Assembly (NCBI GenBank): GCA_019358935.1
Contig: JAHHIK010000028.1
Span: 1 to 64,000 of the forward strand
Direction: 5' to 3'
DNA from: Tolypothrix carrinoi HA7290-LM1
GTDB lineage: Bacteria; Cyanobacteriota; Cyanobacteriia; Cyanobacteriales; Nostocaceae
DNA: 64,000 nucleotides
The position numbers and the translations under genes are program-made. Of this stretch, positions 10,119-21,506 are shown piece by piece. Under the pieces are notes generated by a model. That model was not told the origin of the DNA. It did not search any database and saw only the letters and a list, made by a program, of their open reading frames with translations. Within the stretch, counting starts at the first letter, position 1. The number at the start of each line of letters is the position of its first letter.

Positions 10119-10676
10119 TCAAGGTGCAGGCACAGTTGCACCATTAGGAATATCTAACTCAATATTTGGTCCCCGGTCTAGTACTTCAATATCCCACTGA
10201 CCGCGACTGGCAGTTTCAAATACGACATAACGTCCGTCTGGGCTGAGATGAGGATTTCTGAGCCAGCCGCGATAGATTGGGGTGAGGATTTGCGATTGTT
10301 GCGTAGCGCGATCGTAAAGTGCCACAACTGGTCTACCTTGGTCGCTAGTAATGTAAGCAATATAACGCCCTGTGTAGCTCAGACTTGGACTTTCAGCAAT
10401 TGTATCTGCTCGATTTAAACGCGGTGTGGGAATAAACTGTTGCTGTTGCAAGTCATACACCAATAGTTGGTGAACACCATTGCGATTTGAGACAAACGCT
10501 AAAAAGCGACCATTTCCACTCAAAGTCGGTTGCTCTTCAGTGTAGCGACTGTTGAGGGAATTGGAAGCAAAGGGGATAACGCCGGAATCACAGGATACAA
10601 GTAAGCTTGTGAAGCTATAGATAAAACTCCAATAAAACGGTCTTTGGAGCCAATTTTTAGGTGTAAATTTTGTCAC
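10119..10676 (-). CDS. TolB-like PD40-repeat lipoprotein
   Basis: LLVSC lipobox; PTLSGNGRFLAFVSNRNG and PHLSPDGRYVVF repeats. Confidence 0.85.
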   Translation of the reverse strand: MTKFTPKNWLQRPFYWSFIYSFTSLLVSCDSGVIPFASNSLNSRYTEEQPTLSGNGRFLAFVSNRNGVHQLLVYDLQQQQFIPTPRLNRADTIAESPSLSYTGRYIAYITSDQGRPVVALYDRATQQSQILTPIYRGWLRNPHLSPDGRYVVFETASRGQWDIEVLDRGPNIELDIPNGATVPAP

Positions 10677-10723
10677 CTCAAATGTTTTTCATCGCAATTT
10701 TTGCGACATTCACCTAAGCTTTA

Positions 10724-11671
10724 TTAAATATCATCAAATTTAGTCGAATTATCGGACTCTTCATCTGGCTGTTCCAGAGGTTTGTAATCTACGTATTCAG
10801 TTGGTGTTGCATCATCTTCGCGTTCTCTACGCACAGGTGAGTCATTAGGCGTTAGCGTTCGCGTAGCGTCTTTGCCAGGAGAAGCTCCTCCTCCGGAGGC
10901 TCGCCTTCTTCTGGCTCTGGGAGTCTCATCTTCAGTGCGAGTTTCCGGGCGGGAATTAGCATTACCACCACGACGCGCAGGTTTTCTCACCTCACCAGTA
11001 TTGTCCCAGTCATCAACTTTTTGCCGAGAAGAAGAACTCCATTCATCATCCTCAGTTCTTTCTGGGGTACGATTTACAGTCCGCCGCGAACTAGGACGAC
11101 GCGGTTTGTCTGTGGTTTCTGGTCTTTCGCGAGTATTACGGCGTTCCGAACGACGTGGTGCTTCATCACTGTAATAATCATCGTTTCTAGAGCGATCGTC
11201 CCTACTACCCCGAATCCGAGCGCGTGGGCGTTCCGTCTCATAATCATCATAAGGCAGTGGTTCTAGCTCTGCATCCACCTCAGCCTTATAGCGCCGATTA
11301 TAAGAATAGTTATCGCTGACATCTCGACCATCATCGACAATTTTCGTATTCCGCTTGGCTTGCTCAGTCGCAATACCCCGCAAGCGAATACTTTCAACTG
11401 CAAAAAACACAGTTGTACCAACCAAAAGTAGCTGACCAAATTGCAAAATCGGGTCTAATCGCCATCCTTGGAAGATAAGAATAAAACCGCACAGCAAGCC
11501 CACCGCTGCAAAAAAGATATCTTGGTCTCTTGACAGTTCTGGACGCACAGAGCGGAGAAAATACAGAGCTGCCCCAGCCACAGCCAGGAAAATTCCTAGG
11601 AAAGTGGCTGGAGTTGCTCCCACATTTACCTGAGCCAGGAAACTGGCTGAGTTCAGCCCAAAATTTATCAT
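10724..11671 (-). CDS. ycf66: Ycf66 family protein
   Basis: LYFLRSVRPELSRDQDIFFAAVGLLCG.IL.FQGWRLDPILQFGQ plus low-complexity R/D/E-rich tail. Confidence 0.9.
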   Translation of the reverse strand: MINFGLNSASFLAQVNVGATPATFLGIFLAVAGAALYFLRSVRPELSRDQDIFFAAVGLLCGFILIFQGWRLDPILQFGQLLLVGTTVFFAVESIRLRGIATEQAKRNTKIVDDGRDVSDNYSYNRRYKAEVDAELEPLPYDDYETERPRARIRGSRDDRSRNDDYYSDEAPRRSERRNTRERPETTDKPRRPSSRRTVNRTPERTEDDEWSSSSRQKVDDWDNTGEVRKPARRGGNANSRPETRTEDETPRARRRRASGGGASPGKDATRTLTPNDSPVRREREDDATPTEYVDYKPLEQPDEESDNSTKFDDI

Positions 11672-11919
11672 TGGTATTTTCCTAATATCACATCTATGTT
11701 AGCGATTAAAATCACTACTCTAATCAGGGACAAAATATTAATGTAGAGACGCGATCAAGTCACGTCTCTACATTCAGAATATGTATCTGCTAGCTAAGTA
11801 TACCTTTGACTAGCATTTAAGGAATCAATGTTCCGATTGCAACCAGGTATTTCGCTAACAAATAATTGCTTGTGAGAGTAAAGACGCGACCGGTCGCGTC
11901 TCTACTCCTGCAAGTGTTC

Positions 11920-12036
11920 TTAACGCTGGATTTTATCTTTTTGGCTAATAAAAATCAGACCAACAGTCGCCGGAACAACGACAATTACTGTACCCAAGAC
12001 AAGACTCCAAAGGAAATTTGCTAAAGAAGGCGTCAT
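11920..12036 (-). CDS. psbX: Photosystem II reaction centre protein X (38 aa, below the ORF-track cutoff)
   Basis: Manual translation [38 protein letters not shown]; lies between ycf66 and yggT. Confidence 0.95.
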   Translation of the reverse strand: MTPSLANFLWSLVLGTVIVVVPATVGLIFISQKDKIQR

Positions 12037-12404
12037 AGATTTCAACATGAATTTACACTCTTCATCATAATTCTAATGTTGTATCAGTTCCTTGAAAAGC
12101 CTCCAAGCATTAACTCCTAAACTTAGTGACGAAGTTAACAAATAATTAAATCAACTGCGCTAGCATGTTCGGTTATCTAACCACGCGGACGAGTCAAAGC
12201 TTGTGGTTATGGCGCTTTGGATTTAGATAAAATATCATAAACACGACTAGCAGCACGCAATCAACTGAGTATCCATTAGGGCTTTACCATTACAAACTCA
12301 GAGTAATTTAGTATAAATCCCTCTCAGTGATTGAAATAAAATTATAAACAGTGCTTTACAAAGCTTAAAATTTTTTCTTTCTGCACGGAGAGTAGCTCAA
12401 ACCG

Positions 12405-12695
12405 ATGACTGGTGTTAACCTTACTGATTTGATTCTCAGTCTACTATTGGGACTGATGATATTGTTGTTTATTTTCCGGATAATTCTTACCTGGTATCCC
12501 CAAGTAGATTTAAATCGTTTGCCCTTTAATCTGGTTGCTTGGCCCACCGAACCGTTCTTAGTGCCATTGCGTCATATTGTACAACCGATCGGCGGAGTAG
12601 ACATTACGCCGATCATCTGGGTAGGAATTCTCAGTTTGTTGCGAGAAATTCTTCTAGGTCAGCAAGGGTTGCTGACCATGATGTTTCGTGTATAG
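12405..12695 (+). CDS. YggT family membrane protein (CCB3-like)
   Basis: RIILTWYPQ...WPTEPFL.P.R.IV.PIGGVDITPIIW. Confidence 0.9.
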   Translation: MTGVNLTDLILSLLLGLMILLFIFRIILTWYPQVDLNRLPFNLVAWPTEPFLVPLRHIVQPIGGVDITPIIWVGILSLLREILLGQQGLLTMMFRV

Positions 12696-12703
12696 TCGAA
12701 AAT

Positions 12704-12842
12704 TGGGCATGGGGCATGGGGCATTGGGCATGGGGCATTGGTAATTATTTTTATTCCCCATTCCCCATTACCCATTACCCATTACCCATTCCCCATTACC
12801 CATTCCCCATTACCCATGCCCCATGCCCCATGCCCCATTCCC
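12704..12842. repeat. Heptamer repeats (GGGCATG/T)n facing (CCCATTA/CCCATGC)n
   Basis: Inverted 7-mer arrays between convergent yggT and accC. Confidence 0.85.
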
Positions 12843-14188
12843 TAGCTATTATTCATCTCCTGGATAAAATTGGTATAAACATTACCTGACAAAAACTGGG
12901 GAGTTTCCATAATTTTTTGATGAAAGCCGATAGTTGTAGGTAATCCGGTAATTGCACATTCGCGTAATGCGCGTTTCATGCGGTTAATAGCTGTTTGGCG
13001 GTCTGGTCCCCAAACAATTAATTTGCCGATAAGCGAATCGTAGTAGGGAGGAATTTGGTAATCGGTGTAAACGTGGGAATCAATGCGAACACCGGGACCT
13101 CCAGGGGGGAGATAGCCGCTGATACGTCCGGGGGCTGGGCGAAAGTCATGGTCGGGGTCTTCAGCGTTGATGCGACATTCGATCGCATGACCTCGCAGAA
13201 CTACTTGCTCTTGATTAATCTTGAGTCTTTCCCCTTGAGCAATCCGAATTTGTTCGCAAACCAAGTCTATGCCGGTAATCATCTCCGTAACTGGATGTTC
13301 AACTTGAATCCGGGTGTTCATTTCCATAAAGTAGAATTTACCGGATTTATCCAAGAGAAACTCGATTGTACCTGCTCCAGTGAAGTTGATAAACTGGGCA
13401 GCTTTGACGGCAGCTTCTCCCATTTTTTCTCGCAAATCTGGGTCTAAAGCAGGGCTGGGAGCTTCTTCTAGTAGCTTTTGATTGCGACGCTGAATTGAGC
13501 AATCCCGTTCGCCTAGGTGGATGACATTACCGTAATTATCCGCCAGAATTTGAAATTCAATGTGGCGCGGACGTTCGATAAATTTTTCTATATAAACGCC
13601 AGAATTACCAAAAGCGGCTCCGGCTTCGCCTTGTGCTGCTAGAAAAAGTTTGACAAATTCGCTTTCATGTTGTACCAAACGCATACCGCGTCCACCACCA
13701 CCAGCTGTGGCTTTAACCATCACTGGATAGCCAATATGTGAAGCGATCGCTAATCCTTCTTCCTCAGACTCTACCAACCCGTCACTTCCCGGTACAGTCG
13801 GAACCCCGGCTTTTTGCATGGTTTCTTTTGCCGTTGATTTATCCCCCATTAAGCGAATCGCTTCCGCAGATGGACCAATAAATGCAATATGATGATCTGC
13901 ACAAATTTCTGCAAACCTGGCATTTTCTGACAAAAAGCCATAACCCGGATGAATCGCAGTAGCATTGCGCGTCAGTGCCGCAGCAATAATATTGGGAATA
14001 TTCAAATAACTTTTACCGCTGGCAGGTTCGCCAATGCAAACCGCTTCGTCGGCAAGCTGGACGTGGAGAGCATTACGATCAACTGTAGAGTGAACTGCAA
14101 CAGTAGCAATCCCCATTTCCTCACAGGCACGGAGAATGCGAAGTGCAATTTCTCCTCGATTGGCAATTAATATTTTATCAAACTTCAT
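12842..14188 (-). CDS. accC: Acetyl-CoA carboxylase biotin carboxylase subunit
   Basis: [27 protein letters not shown] and [14 protein letters not shown] motifs. Confidence 0.98.
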   Translation of the reverse strand: MKFDKILIANRGEIALRILRACEEMGIATVAVHSTVDRNALHVQLADEAVCIGEPASGKSYLNIPNIIAAALTRNATAIHPGYGFLSENARFAEICADHHIAFIGPSAEAIRLMGDKSTAKETMQKAGVPTVPGSDGLVESEEEGLAIASHIGYPVMVKATAGGGGRGMRLVQHESEFVKLFLAAQGEAGAAFGNSGVYIEKFIERPRHIEFQILADNYGNVIHLGERDCSIQRRNQKLLEEAPSPALDPDLREKMGEAAVKAAQFINFTGAGTIEFLLDKSGKFYFMEMNTRIQVEHPVTEMITGIDLVCEQIRIAQGERLKINQEQVVLRGHAIECRINAEDPDHDFRPAPGRISGYLPPGGPGVRIDSHVYTDYQIPPYYDSLIGKLIVWGPDRQTAINRMKRALRECAITGLPTTIGFHQKIMETPQFLSGNVYTNFIQEMNNS

Positions 14189-14637
14189 CTTCTAGCTTCG
14201 ATATCAGTACCAGTAGATTGACATTCTCTCCTATTCAATTTGAAACAACGCTTTCGTGTTATTGCAAATTATGACAAGAGATTCCCAAGCCTCATTCATA
14301 GTGAGCGTTGCGAGAACGATGAGGCTGACTACCTCTACGGGTCTTAACTAGACTAGCAACACGAATGTTATTAATCTATGTCAGTTTGCCGAGTCAAGGC
14401 AGTAAAAGCAAGCGTTTTTTGTGCGGTTCCGCTTCCCGGTGGAAGCTTCTTGGCAGCACTTCTCTATCGCACCCCATTTAATATCTCTTGTGCAACTGCT
14501 AAATTTCTGTCAGTCTGATATCCGCATTCGGAAAATTTTTGAATCCGTACACTTAAATAAATTAAATTTTTGGGAAATTAGCTCTTACTTTACTATATTT
14601 GTTTTTTTATGCTATATTCTATCTTCAGACAACTTAT

Positions 14638-14720
14638 GCGGATGTGGCGGAATTGGTATACGCGCACGCTTGAGGTGCGTGTGGGCAATGCCCTTGCGAG
14701 TTCGAGTCTCACCATCCGCA
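14638..14720 (+). tRNA. trnL-GAG: tRNA-Leu (anticodon GAG)
   Basis: Acceptor stem GCGGATG/CATCCGC, anticodon arm CACGC-TTGAGGT-GCGTG, long variable arm, GTTCGAGT T-loop; CCA not encoded. Confidence 0.95.
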
Positions 14721-14933
14721 TTTTTTCATATGAAGTTAGGAGTTGTAGAGACGTTCCAGTGGAACGTCTGTACGGGAGGCGCGGAGGCGCGGAGTTATTA
14801 CTCCCCCTTGTCCTCCTTGTCCCCTTGTCCCCCTAGTCCCCCACTCCCCCCACCTCCCCACCAGGGCGGTGGTTTTTTTATGCTTTTGTGTTTTTTATGC
14901 TTTTATATAGATAGGTGAAGTTTTGTAAAAACG

Positions 14934-15560
14934 TTGACTGCTACTTTTAAATCGACAAATAACTTAACAATACCCGCAGGATGGCATCGCCTCTCCCCCA
15001 TTTGGCAAGGTGACGCACAAGCCATTCAAAAAGGTCTACCTCACACTCAGCTAGCACCAACTTGGCAAATGCTACTTTTGGGTGACGGTTCCCCCACACG
15101 GCACTTAGAATTGCTTACAGGTGAGCCAACGGAAGTGGATGTAATTGACATGTCATTAGTTGGCATGGACTTGGATAATGCTCCCGACTTAATTGAAGCT
15201 GTCCCAGGACCTAGACTGCGGCGACAAGTTTGGCTGCGTACCGCTTCTGGTCAAAGATTGGCGTATGCTACCTCATGGTGGGAAGCTTCTCACGTAGATG
15301 AGTATTTGCAAAACCGTTCATTACCTATTTGGGCTAGTTTGGCTCGTCTCCGCACAGAGTTATATCGCGATGTGCAAGGAGTTTATTACGGTTACTCAGA
15401 TGCGCTACAGTCAGGTTTTGGTGTCAATGGACCTTTTTGGGGTCGTCACTATTTGTTTTGGCATCACGGACAGCCTCTGACTTTAATTTATGAAGTTTTT
15501 TCGCCTTACTTAACAAAATATTTGGGATCGATGCAGGTGACTGCTAATGGTAAGGTTTAG
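14934..15560 (+). CDS. Chorismate lyase-like protein (DUF98/Ycf21/UbiC-type)
   Basis: LLLGDGSPTRHL, RRQVWL, YATSWW, PIW.SL and WGRHYLF motifs. Confidence 0.88.
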   Translation: MTATFKSTNNLTIPAGWHRLSPIWQGDAQAIQKGLPHTQLAPTWQMLLLGDGSPTRHLELLTGEPTEVDVIDMSLVGMDLDNAPDLIEAVPGPRLRRQVWLRTASGQRLAYATSWWEASHVDEYLQNRSLPIWASLARLRTELYRDVQGVYYGYSDALQSGFGVNGPFWGRHYLFWHHGQPLTLIYEVFSPYLTKYLGSMQVTANGKV

Positions 15561-16283
15561 TGCTACGCAGGTGGAGAATTAAAAATTAAAAATTATTTTG
15601 GCGTCGCTAATTTCTTCTTTTCTAGCGAATCTTGGCAATATATGATATAATAAGCGCCTTTAATTAGTGATAAGAAAAGATTTTTGTAGTAAGGACTGAA
15701 GTCCTTATCTTAGAAGATGAGGACTTCAGTCCTCACTACGAACTCATCAAAGCAATTTAGGGATTATTTCTGGGAAAATTATTCTACAAGTAATGAATAT
15801 TTAATTTTTGATGATTTAAAAATAATTGCTAGTTATCACCAAAAAAATCAGGCTGGTTTGGGATATGCGATCGCTCAATACTAAGATATATGAGCAAAAG
15901 TCAGTTCAGATTCGCAAAAAGAGAGGAAATGGCTTTTGGTAATTGTAAACAACTCAAGTCAGAGTGAGTTTTCAAAGCTTTTGAACAAAAAGCTTTTCAG
16001 ACAAGGGTTATTTCAGCAGCGCATTATCTACGATTGCTATCTGTGATACAAAGAATTGAGGTGAAGAGCGATCGAAGAGTGATAAATTTAACGCTAAAAG
16101 TCACACTGACTTACAGGTGATTCAACCAGTTGATAACACTGTTTATTTCTTTACATGGTAAAATTTTGTCAGTGATGGTGTAAACGTCAATTAATAATTT
16201 GACTACCTAATAAATTTTTGGGGCACGTATAATATATTATATGCTCTTAAACAATAACGTAGGAAGTGACATAAATTAAACTT

Positions 16284-17036
16284 ATGCAAATAAACAACTC
16301 AGACAAAAATGACGATTATAAATACTATAGCAATACTCATCTTGAGTATGTAAACAATAATATTAACACTGAATCAAATTATTTTTCTTGTGTCTGGGAT
16401 GAAATTTTAAGAGATATTAATATTCATAATTTATTAGATATGGGGTGTGGTACAGGTATATTTTCTTGTAATTTAAAGTCGAGAATATCAGGAAAATTAA
16501 TTGGTGTTGATGGCAGCAATTATGGTTTGGAAAAAGCAAAAGAAAAAGGGTTTGATGAACTATACAGAGTTGAAGACTTTTGTAGCCAGTCATTGCCTTT
16601 AGCAAACGAGAGTGTTGATTTTGTGCTGTGTAAAGATGTTTTTGAACATCTTTTAGATCCCCTTCATTTATTATTAGAAATTCAGCGTGTTTTAACGCCG
16701 GGAGGTTATCTTTTAACACATGTACCTAATCACTTTCCTATTAATGGTCGTTGGAAGTTTCTATTTACTAATAAAATAGACACTTTTAACTATTTCCCTG
16801 GCTCAAATGCTTGGAATTTTCCTCATATAAGATTTTATAATTATGAAAGTCTTTTAGATTTTTTGGCACAGGCTAACTTGAAATTGGTTGAAAATTATAG
16901 TGGATTTTTTCCGAAGCTTCCTATATTAGATAAATTATTGCGGTATGTTATACCAAAATATTTAACAAGAAAGCTGGTAAATAGTAATCCTTCGCAGTTT
17001 GCTGAAGGCTTAACGGTACTTGTTAAGAAAGAGTAG
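16284..17036 (+). CDS. Class I SAM-dependent methyltransferase (AT-rich)
   Basis: LLDMGCGTG, DVFEHLLDP, RVLTPGG, HVPN and HIRFY motifs. Confidence 0.88.
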   Translation: MQINNSDKNDDYKYYSNTHLEYVNNNINTESNYFSCVWDEILRDINIHNLLDMGCGTGIFSCNLKSRISGKLIGVDGSNYGLEKAKEKGFDELYRVEDFCSQSLPLANESVDFVLCKDVFEHLLDPLHLLLEIQRVLTPGGYLLTHVPNHFPINGRWKFLFTNKIDTFNYFPGSNAWNFPHIRFYNYESLLDFLAQANLKLVENYSGFFPKLPILDKLLRYVIPKYLTRKLVNSNPSQFAEGLTVLVKKE

Positions 17037-17892
17037 GCTTGTCTGCATTACTGAGAATTTTTTGCAATAACTTTCAATAATTCGCAACAAGTAGCCAAGC
17101 TAGAAAACGTCGAATTTAGCAGATGTGGCAGCTGGCTTTTCACTTTTATGTGGAAAACTCAGAGTGGTTCGCGAATAATATCCGCAAACAAAATTACTAC
17201 TCATCTTTATATTTATAAGTATCTTCGACTAAATCTTTTAAACAGTTGACAGTTTCAATTGAAAGGTCTAGCGCTTCGATCTGGCATTCAAGTTAGCTTT
17301 AGTACCAGCGTTGCCTAAAAGCTTATATCAAGAATTGCCATTAGCCTTAGTGGTGAATATTCGTTCAAAAGCTTGTATTTTCTAATACTAAGAAACAGAC
17401 CTATAAGTAAAAGTTCCCGGTAATATCAGATAAGTTCCAATACAACCAACGAAAAGTTATGTCAAAATAGGGCGTGAGGCAGCTAAACACTTGCAGCTTT
17501 GTCAAGTTAAGTATATCTTCATAGTGCTTGACGTGACGAATTTATCGCCCGGACACTTTCTAATGGCTCTCACCGTCCAATCTACGAGAATCTACCTGTT
17601 GTCGGGGTGAAAGCTGCTTTCACGCTTTGTGCGGGCATCGTCGGGGTAAAAAGCGCAACCGTCGTCCAAAATTAAGCGCATACTGTAAAAAAGGGTAACT
17701 CGCTACAAAAGCACCACTAATGAAACAGTAGTAATTTGAGAAAACAATGCTTTATGTCGATTACCAAAGTATTAATAACTCTCAGTAAAGAGAAACCAAT
17801 GTAATTAACTGTCCTGAAGAAGAGTAAACCTTTTAGTTTACTGTACCAATCAAGCAAATAATGAGTTCGCAATTATGAGGTGTTAGGTTTCA

Positions 17893-19626
17893 ATGGCACT
17901 ACCTGTTGTATCTGTCTTATCAACGCAGAAAAAAAAGAAACCGTCTTTAGTGCTGACGCTTTCATCTGCCGGGTTGTTGATTGGTGTGGGGAGTGCAGCA
18001 TTCTGGCTTTTAACTCAGGGAAAATTATTTTCCAGAGATTTGCCAGTGGGTGCAAATATTATCCCTCAAGATGCCTTATTTGCGGTTTCTTTAACCACCG
18101 ATGCCAGTCAATGGCAGAAATTGCGCTCTTTTGGCACAAAAGAAACCCAAGGAGAACTAGATAAGTATTTAGTGGAGTTGCGCGATCGCTTTCTCACTAA
18201 TAACGGCTACGATTTCCAAAAAGATATCAGTCCTTGGGTAGGCAATGAAGTCACAATTGCCATTCTTGCCCCAGACATGAAAAAAAATGCACCTACTGAT
18301 GGAAGTGGTGCTACTAAAGAACAGTCGATGGTGATGGTTTTGCCAATAAAAAACCCACAAAGTGCTAAAACCATCTTGGCACAACCCAAAATGCTCAAAG
18401 GTGGCAAATTAGTCGATCGCACCTATCAAGGAATTGCCATCAAACAAACTGAAGGGCAAAGTAAAGAAAACTTTTCCGCTGCCGTACTAGATCAACGTTT
18501 CTTAGTCATCACTGATAATCCTAAAGCCACAGAAAGAGCGATTGATGCTTATAAAAATAAAACAACACTCGCTACAACAGGCGGTTTTGCAGATAATTTC
18601 CCGAAAATCGCTAACTACCAACCTTTCGCCCAGTTTTATGTAAATGTGCCGATAGCTGCTAAAATAGCAGCCGCTTCTCCAAACCGTCCTTTACCCGCTC
18701 AAGTTTTGGCTCAACTTCAGAACAACCAAGGTTTAGCGGGGACAATTACCTTAGAGTCAGAAGGAATACGCTTAAAAGGTGTTTCTTGGCTAAATCCGAA
18801 TAGTCAACGTACCCTAGCGGTAGAAAACAACGCTGGGAATATGCAAAACCGCTTACCAGCAGAAACTTTAATGATGCTTTCTGGGGGTAATCTTAAACGG
18901 TTGTGGGCAGATTATGTTTTAACATCTCACTCTAATCCAGTTTCGCCCATACCACCAGAAGCACTTAGAAGTGGAGTGAAATCACTCACCAATAATGAAC
19001 TTGATTTAGATCGGGATTTATTAAGTTGGATGGGTGGTGAGTTTTCGGTTTCGGTGATGCCATCGATTGCGAAAGAAGGTTATAAAGAAGATTTTCGTGC
19101 GGCATTTGTATTCATGGTACAAGCAAGCGATCGCGCTTATGCTGAAGCATCAATAAAACGTCTGGATGACATCATAAAAAATCAATATCAATTCCAAATT
19201 CAACAAAACACAATCGCAGGTAAACCTGCTGTCAACTGGATTGCACCTTATGGAACCTTAACTGCTACCCACGGTTGGTTAGATAATGATGTCGCTTACT
19301 TAGTTATGGGTGCCCCTGTTACCAATAAAATTGTTCCTAAACCCAACAATACATTAGCTAGTACTTTCCCATTCCAAAAAACAGTTCCCTCAGATCCTAA
19401 TCCGACAAACGGTCAGTTTTTCTTAGATGTGGAACGCACGGTGAAAAATTTTCCTTTACCGACGTTGTTCTCCAATCAAGAAACTGTACTCGAAGCAACG
19501 CGCTCAATTGGCATAACATCTGCCGTCAGTGACAGTCGTAGTAACCGCTACGACATTTTTCTCGAATTAAAAAAAGGTGATAAACCAGCACCTCTTCCGA
19601 CTCCGACAATTACACCCACTCCGTAA
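17893..19626 (+). CDS. DUF3352 domain protein
   Basis: N-terminal TM, GANIIPQDAL, DISPWVG.E, DLLSWMGGEF; adjacent to ccsB. Confidence 0.8.
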   Translation: MALPVVSVLSTQKKKKPSLVLTLSSAGLLIGVGSAAFWLLTQGKLFSRDLPVGANIIPQDALFAVSLTTDASQWQKLRSFGTKETQGELDKYLVELRDRFLTNNGYDFQKDISPWVGNEVTIAILAPDMKKNAPTDGSGATKEQSMVMVLPIKNPQSAKTILAQPKMLKGGKLVDRTYQGIAIKQTEGQSKENFSAAVLDQRFLVITDNPKATERAIDAYKNKTTLATTGGFADNFPKIANYQPFAQFYVNVPIAAKIAAASPNRPLPAQVLAQLQNNQGLAGTITLESEGIRLKGVSWLNPNSQRTLAVENNAGNMQNRLPAETLMMLSGGNLKRLWADYVLTSHSNPVSPIPPEALRSGVKSLTNNELDLDRDLLSWMGGEFSVSVMPSIAKEGYKEDFRAAFVFMVQASDRAYAEASIKRLDDIIKNQYQFQIQQNTIAGKPAVNWIAPYGTLTATHGWLDNDVAYLVMGAPVTNKIVPKPNNTLASTFPFQKTVPSDPNPTNGQFFLDVERTVKNFPLPTLFSNQETVLEATRSIGITSAVSDSRSNRYDIFLELKKGDKPAPLPTPTITPTP

Positions 19627-19627
19627 G

Positions 19628-19862
19628 GGAAGAGTTCTTGAGAGGGGGATGGGGAGAGAGGGGGAGAGGGGGAGCCAGCGCGTTGCGGAGGTTCCCTCCG
19701 TTGTAGCGACTGGCGTGGAGACAAGGGAGATGGGGGAGACAAGGAAGACGAAAAGACAAACTCCCCCTTGTCCCCACACCCGTCGCCCCCTGTCCCCACA
19801 CCCGTCGCCCCTTGTCCCCACACCCGTCGCCCCCTGTCCCCCTGTCTCCTTCTCTCCTTGTC
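19628..19862. repeat. Mixed short tandem repeats and a palindromic dispersed element
   Basis: GCCAGCGCGTTGCGGAGGTTCCCTCCGTTGTAGCGACTGGC palindrome plus three tandem TGTCCCCACACCCGTCGCCCC-type units. Confidence 0.8.
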
Positions 19863-19940
19863 TCTATATTCTCCAGAAACAGATAGGATCAATAAAGTCA
19901 AAATCCATTTTTTATTTGAATCCACTGGGGAGAACACTGT

Positions 19941-20987
19941 ATGAATCTGGTTGTACTCCAGAACTGGCTGGACAATGCCTCCTTTGCCGTTTTATTTCTC
20001 ACAATGCTGGTTTATTGGGCTGGGGCAGCTTTTGGGAATCTGTCCGCAATTGCCGCTTTGGGGACAGCTGGTATGGCGATCGCTAATTTGTGTATAGCCA
20101 CGCTACTAGGAGCGCGATGGATCGAAGCTGGTTATTTTCCTTTGAGCAATCTTTATGAATCGTTATTTTTCTTAACTTGGGGAATTACTACCGTCCATTT
20201 AATTGCGGAAAACACTAGCCGCAGCCGCTTGGTAGGGGTTTTTACAGCACCTGTGGCGATGTGTATCAGCGCTTTTGCTACCCTGACACTGCCTTCAACA
20301 ATGCAATCAGCCGAACCGTTAGTGCCTGCACTGAAATCTAATTGGCTGATGATGCACGTTAGTGTGATGATGTTAAGTTATGCGGCTTTGATGGTAGGTT
20401 CGCTGTTAGCGATCGCCTTTCTTTTCGTTACTGGCGGTCAAAATATTCAACTACAAGGTAGTTCTGTCGGTACTGGTGGTTATCGCAGCAACGGCTACCG
20501 CTTGCATAAAGCTGGTGAACTAGTTTCTGTACCAACTCCCGCTGCGGAAAATAATGGTTTTGCTCGTAATGAGCGTAATACCAACGGCAACGGCAAAACA
20601 GCAGTTTTGGATACAGTACTCGCAACACCAATCCCAAATTCCGAACAAACCCTTACACCCCAGCGCCTCAGCCTTGCCGAAACCTTAGATAATGTCAGTT
20701 ATCGCATCATTGGGTTAGGATTTCCCCTGCTAACAATTGGCATTATTGCTGGTGGAGTTTGGGCAAATGAAGCTTGGGGTACTTATTGGAGTTGGGACCC
20801 GAAAGAAACTTGGGCGCTAATTACTTGGTTAGTGTTTGCGGCATATCTTCACTCTAGAATTACTCGTGGTTGGCAAGGGCGTCGTCCGGCAATTTTAGCT
20901 GCTACTGGCTTTGTTGTTGTTTGGATTTGTTATTTGGGTGTGAATCTTTTGGGTAAGGGTTTGCATTCTTACGGTTGGTTTTTTTAA
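19941..20987 (+). CDS. ccsB: Cytochrome c biogenesis protein CcsB/CcsA (system II)
   Basis: [15 protein letters not shown] and WWD domain [18 protein letters not shown]. Confidence 0.96.
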   Translation: MNLVVLQNWLDNASFAVLFLTMLVYWAGAAFGNLSAIAALGTAGMAIANLCIATLLGARWIEAGYFPLSNLYESLFFLTWGITTVHLIAENTSRSRLVGVFTAPVAMCISAFATLTLPSTMQSAEPLVPALKSNWLMMHVSVMMLSYAALMVGSLLAIAFLFVTGGQNIQLQGSSVGTGGYRSNGYRLHKAGELVSVPTPAAENNGFARNERNTNGNGKTAVLDTVLATPIPNSEQTLTPQRLSLAETLDNVSYRIIGLGFPLLTIGIIAGGVWANEAWGTYWSWDPKETWALITWLVFAAYLHSRITRGWQGRRPAILAATGFVVVWICYLGVNLLGKGLHSYGWFF

Positions 20988-21000
20988 GAATGTTATTGTT

Positions 21001-21031
21001 TTTCCCCTCTTTTGTGAGAGGGGAAATTTTT
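21001..21031 (+). terminator. Probable intrinsic terminator after ccsB
   Basis: TTTCCCCTCT-TTTGTG-AGAGGGGAAA followed by a T-run. Confidence 0.65.
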
Positions 21032-21200
21032 AACGTAGACGCGTTCGCCCTTGGCGTTGCCGCAGGCTAGCGGCTTGCCGCAGGCTACCGCAGAGAACGC
21101 GGAGGACGCGGAGGAAGAGAAGAGAGAGGGAATTTGGGAGTTGTTTTTGGGATTAACTTTTATCTTTTGGGAATTATAGATTTAGTTCCAGGAGATTGTT

Positions 21201-21506
21201 ATGGGAAATGGATTTGAGGGGCTGAGTCCGGATGATGTTGTGTCTATGACTTATGGGGAAATTCTAATTCCTCACCATACGTTCAAAGTGGGTGAATTCA
21301 AAGCAAAAATGAAGGAAGTCTTGCCAGGAAACAATCAACTTAAAGATAAGTGGTTGACTGAAGGACAATCTTGTGAAATCTTAAAACCTGGTGCTAAAGG
21401 TTGGCAAAAGGGAAAAGTCCGCATCACTTTAGAATTCTGCCCCGATGAACCTGAATCACCGCTTGATGACCTTCGCCAGCAACTCAAACAAATTCAACAT
21501 CAATAA
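21201..21506 (+). CDS. KGK domain protein
   Basis: W..EG..CEILKPGAKGWQKGKVRITLEFCPDE...SPLDDLRQ. Confidence 0.9.
   Translation: MGNGFEGLSPDDVVSMTYGEILIPHHTFKVGEFKAKMKEVLPGNNQLKDKWLTEGQSCEILKPGAKGWQKGKVRITLEFCPDEPESPLDDLRQQLKQIQHQ

Noticed and set aside
14638..17450. tRNA-anchored genomic island
   Set aside because: No integrase and no duplicated tRNA 3' end seen; a conserved gene follows the tRNA directly
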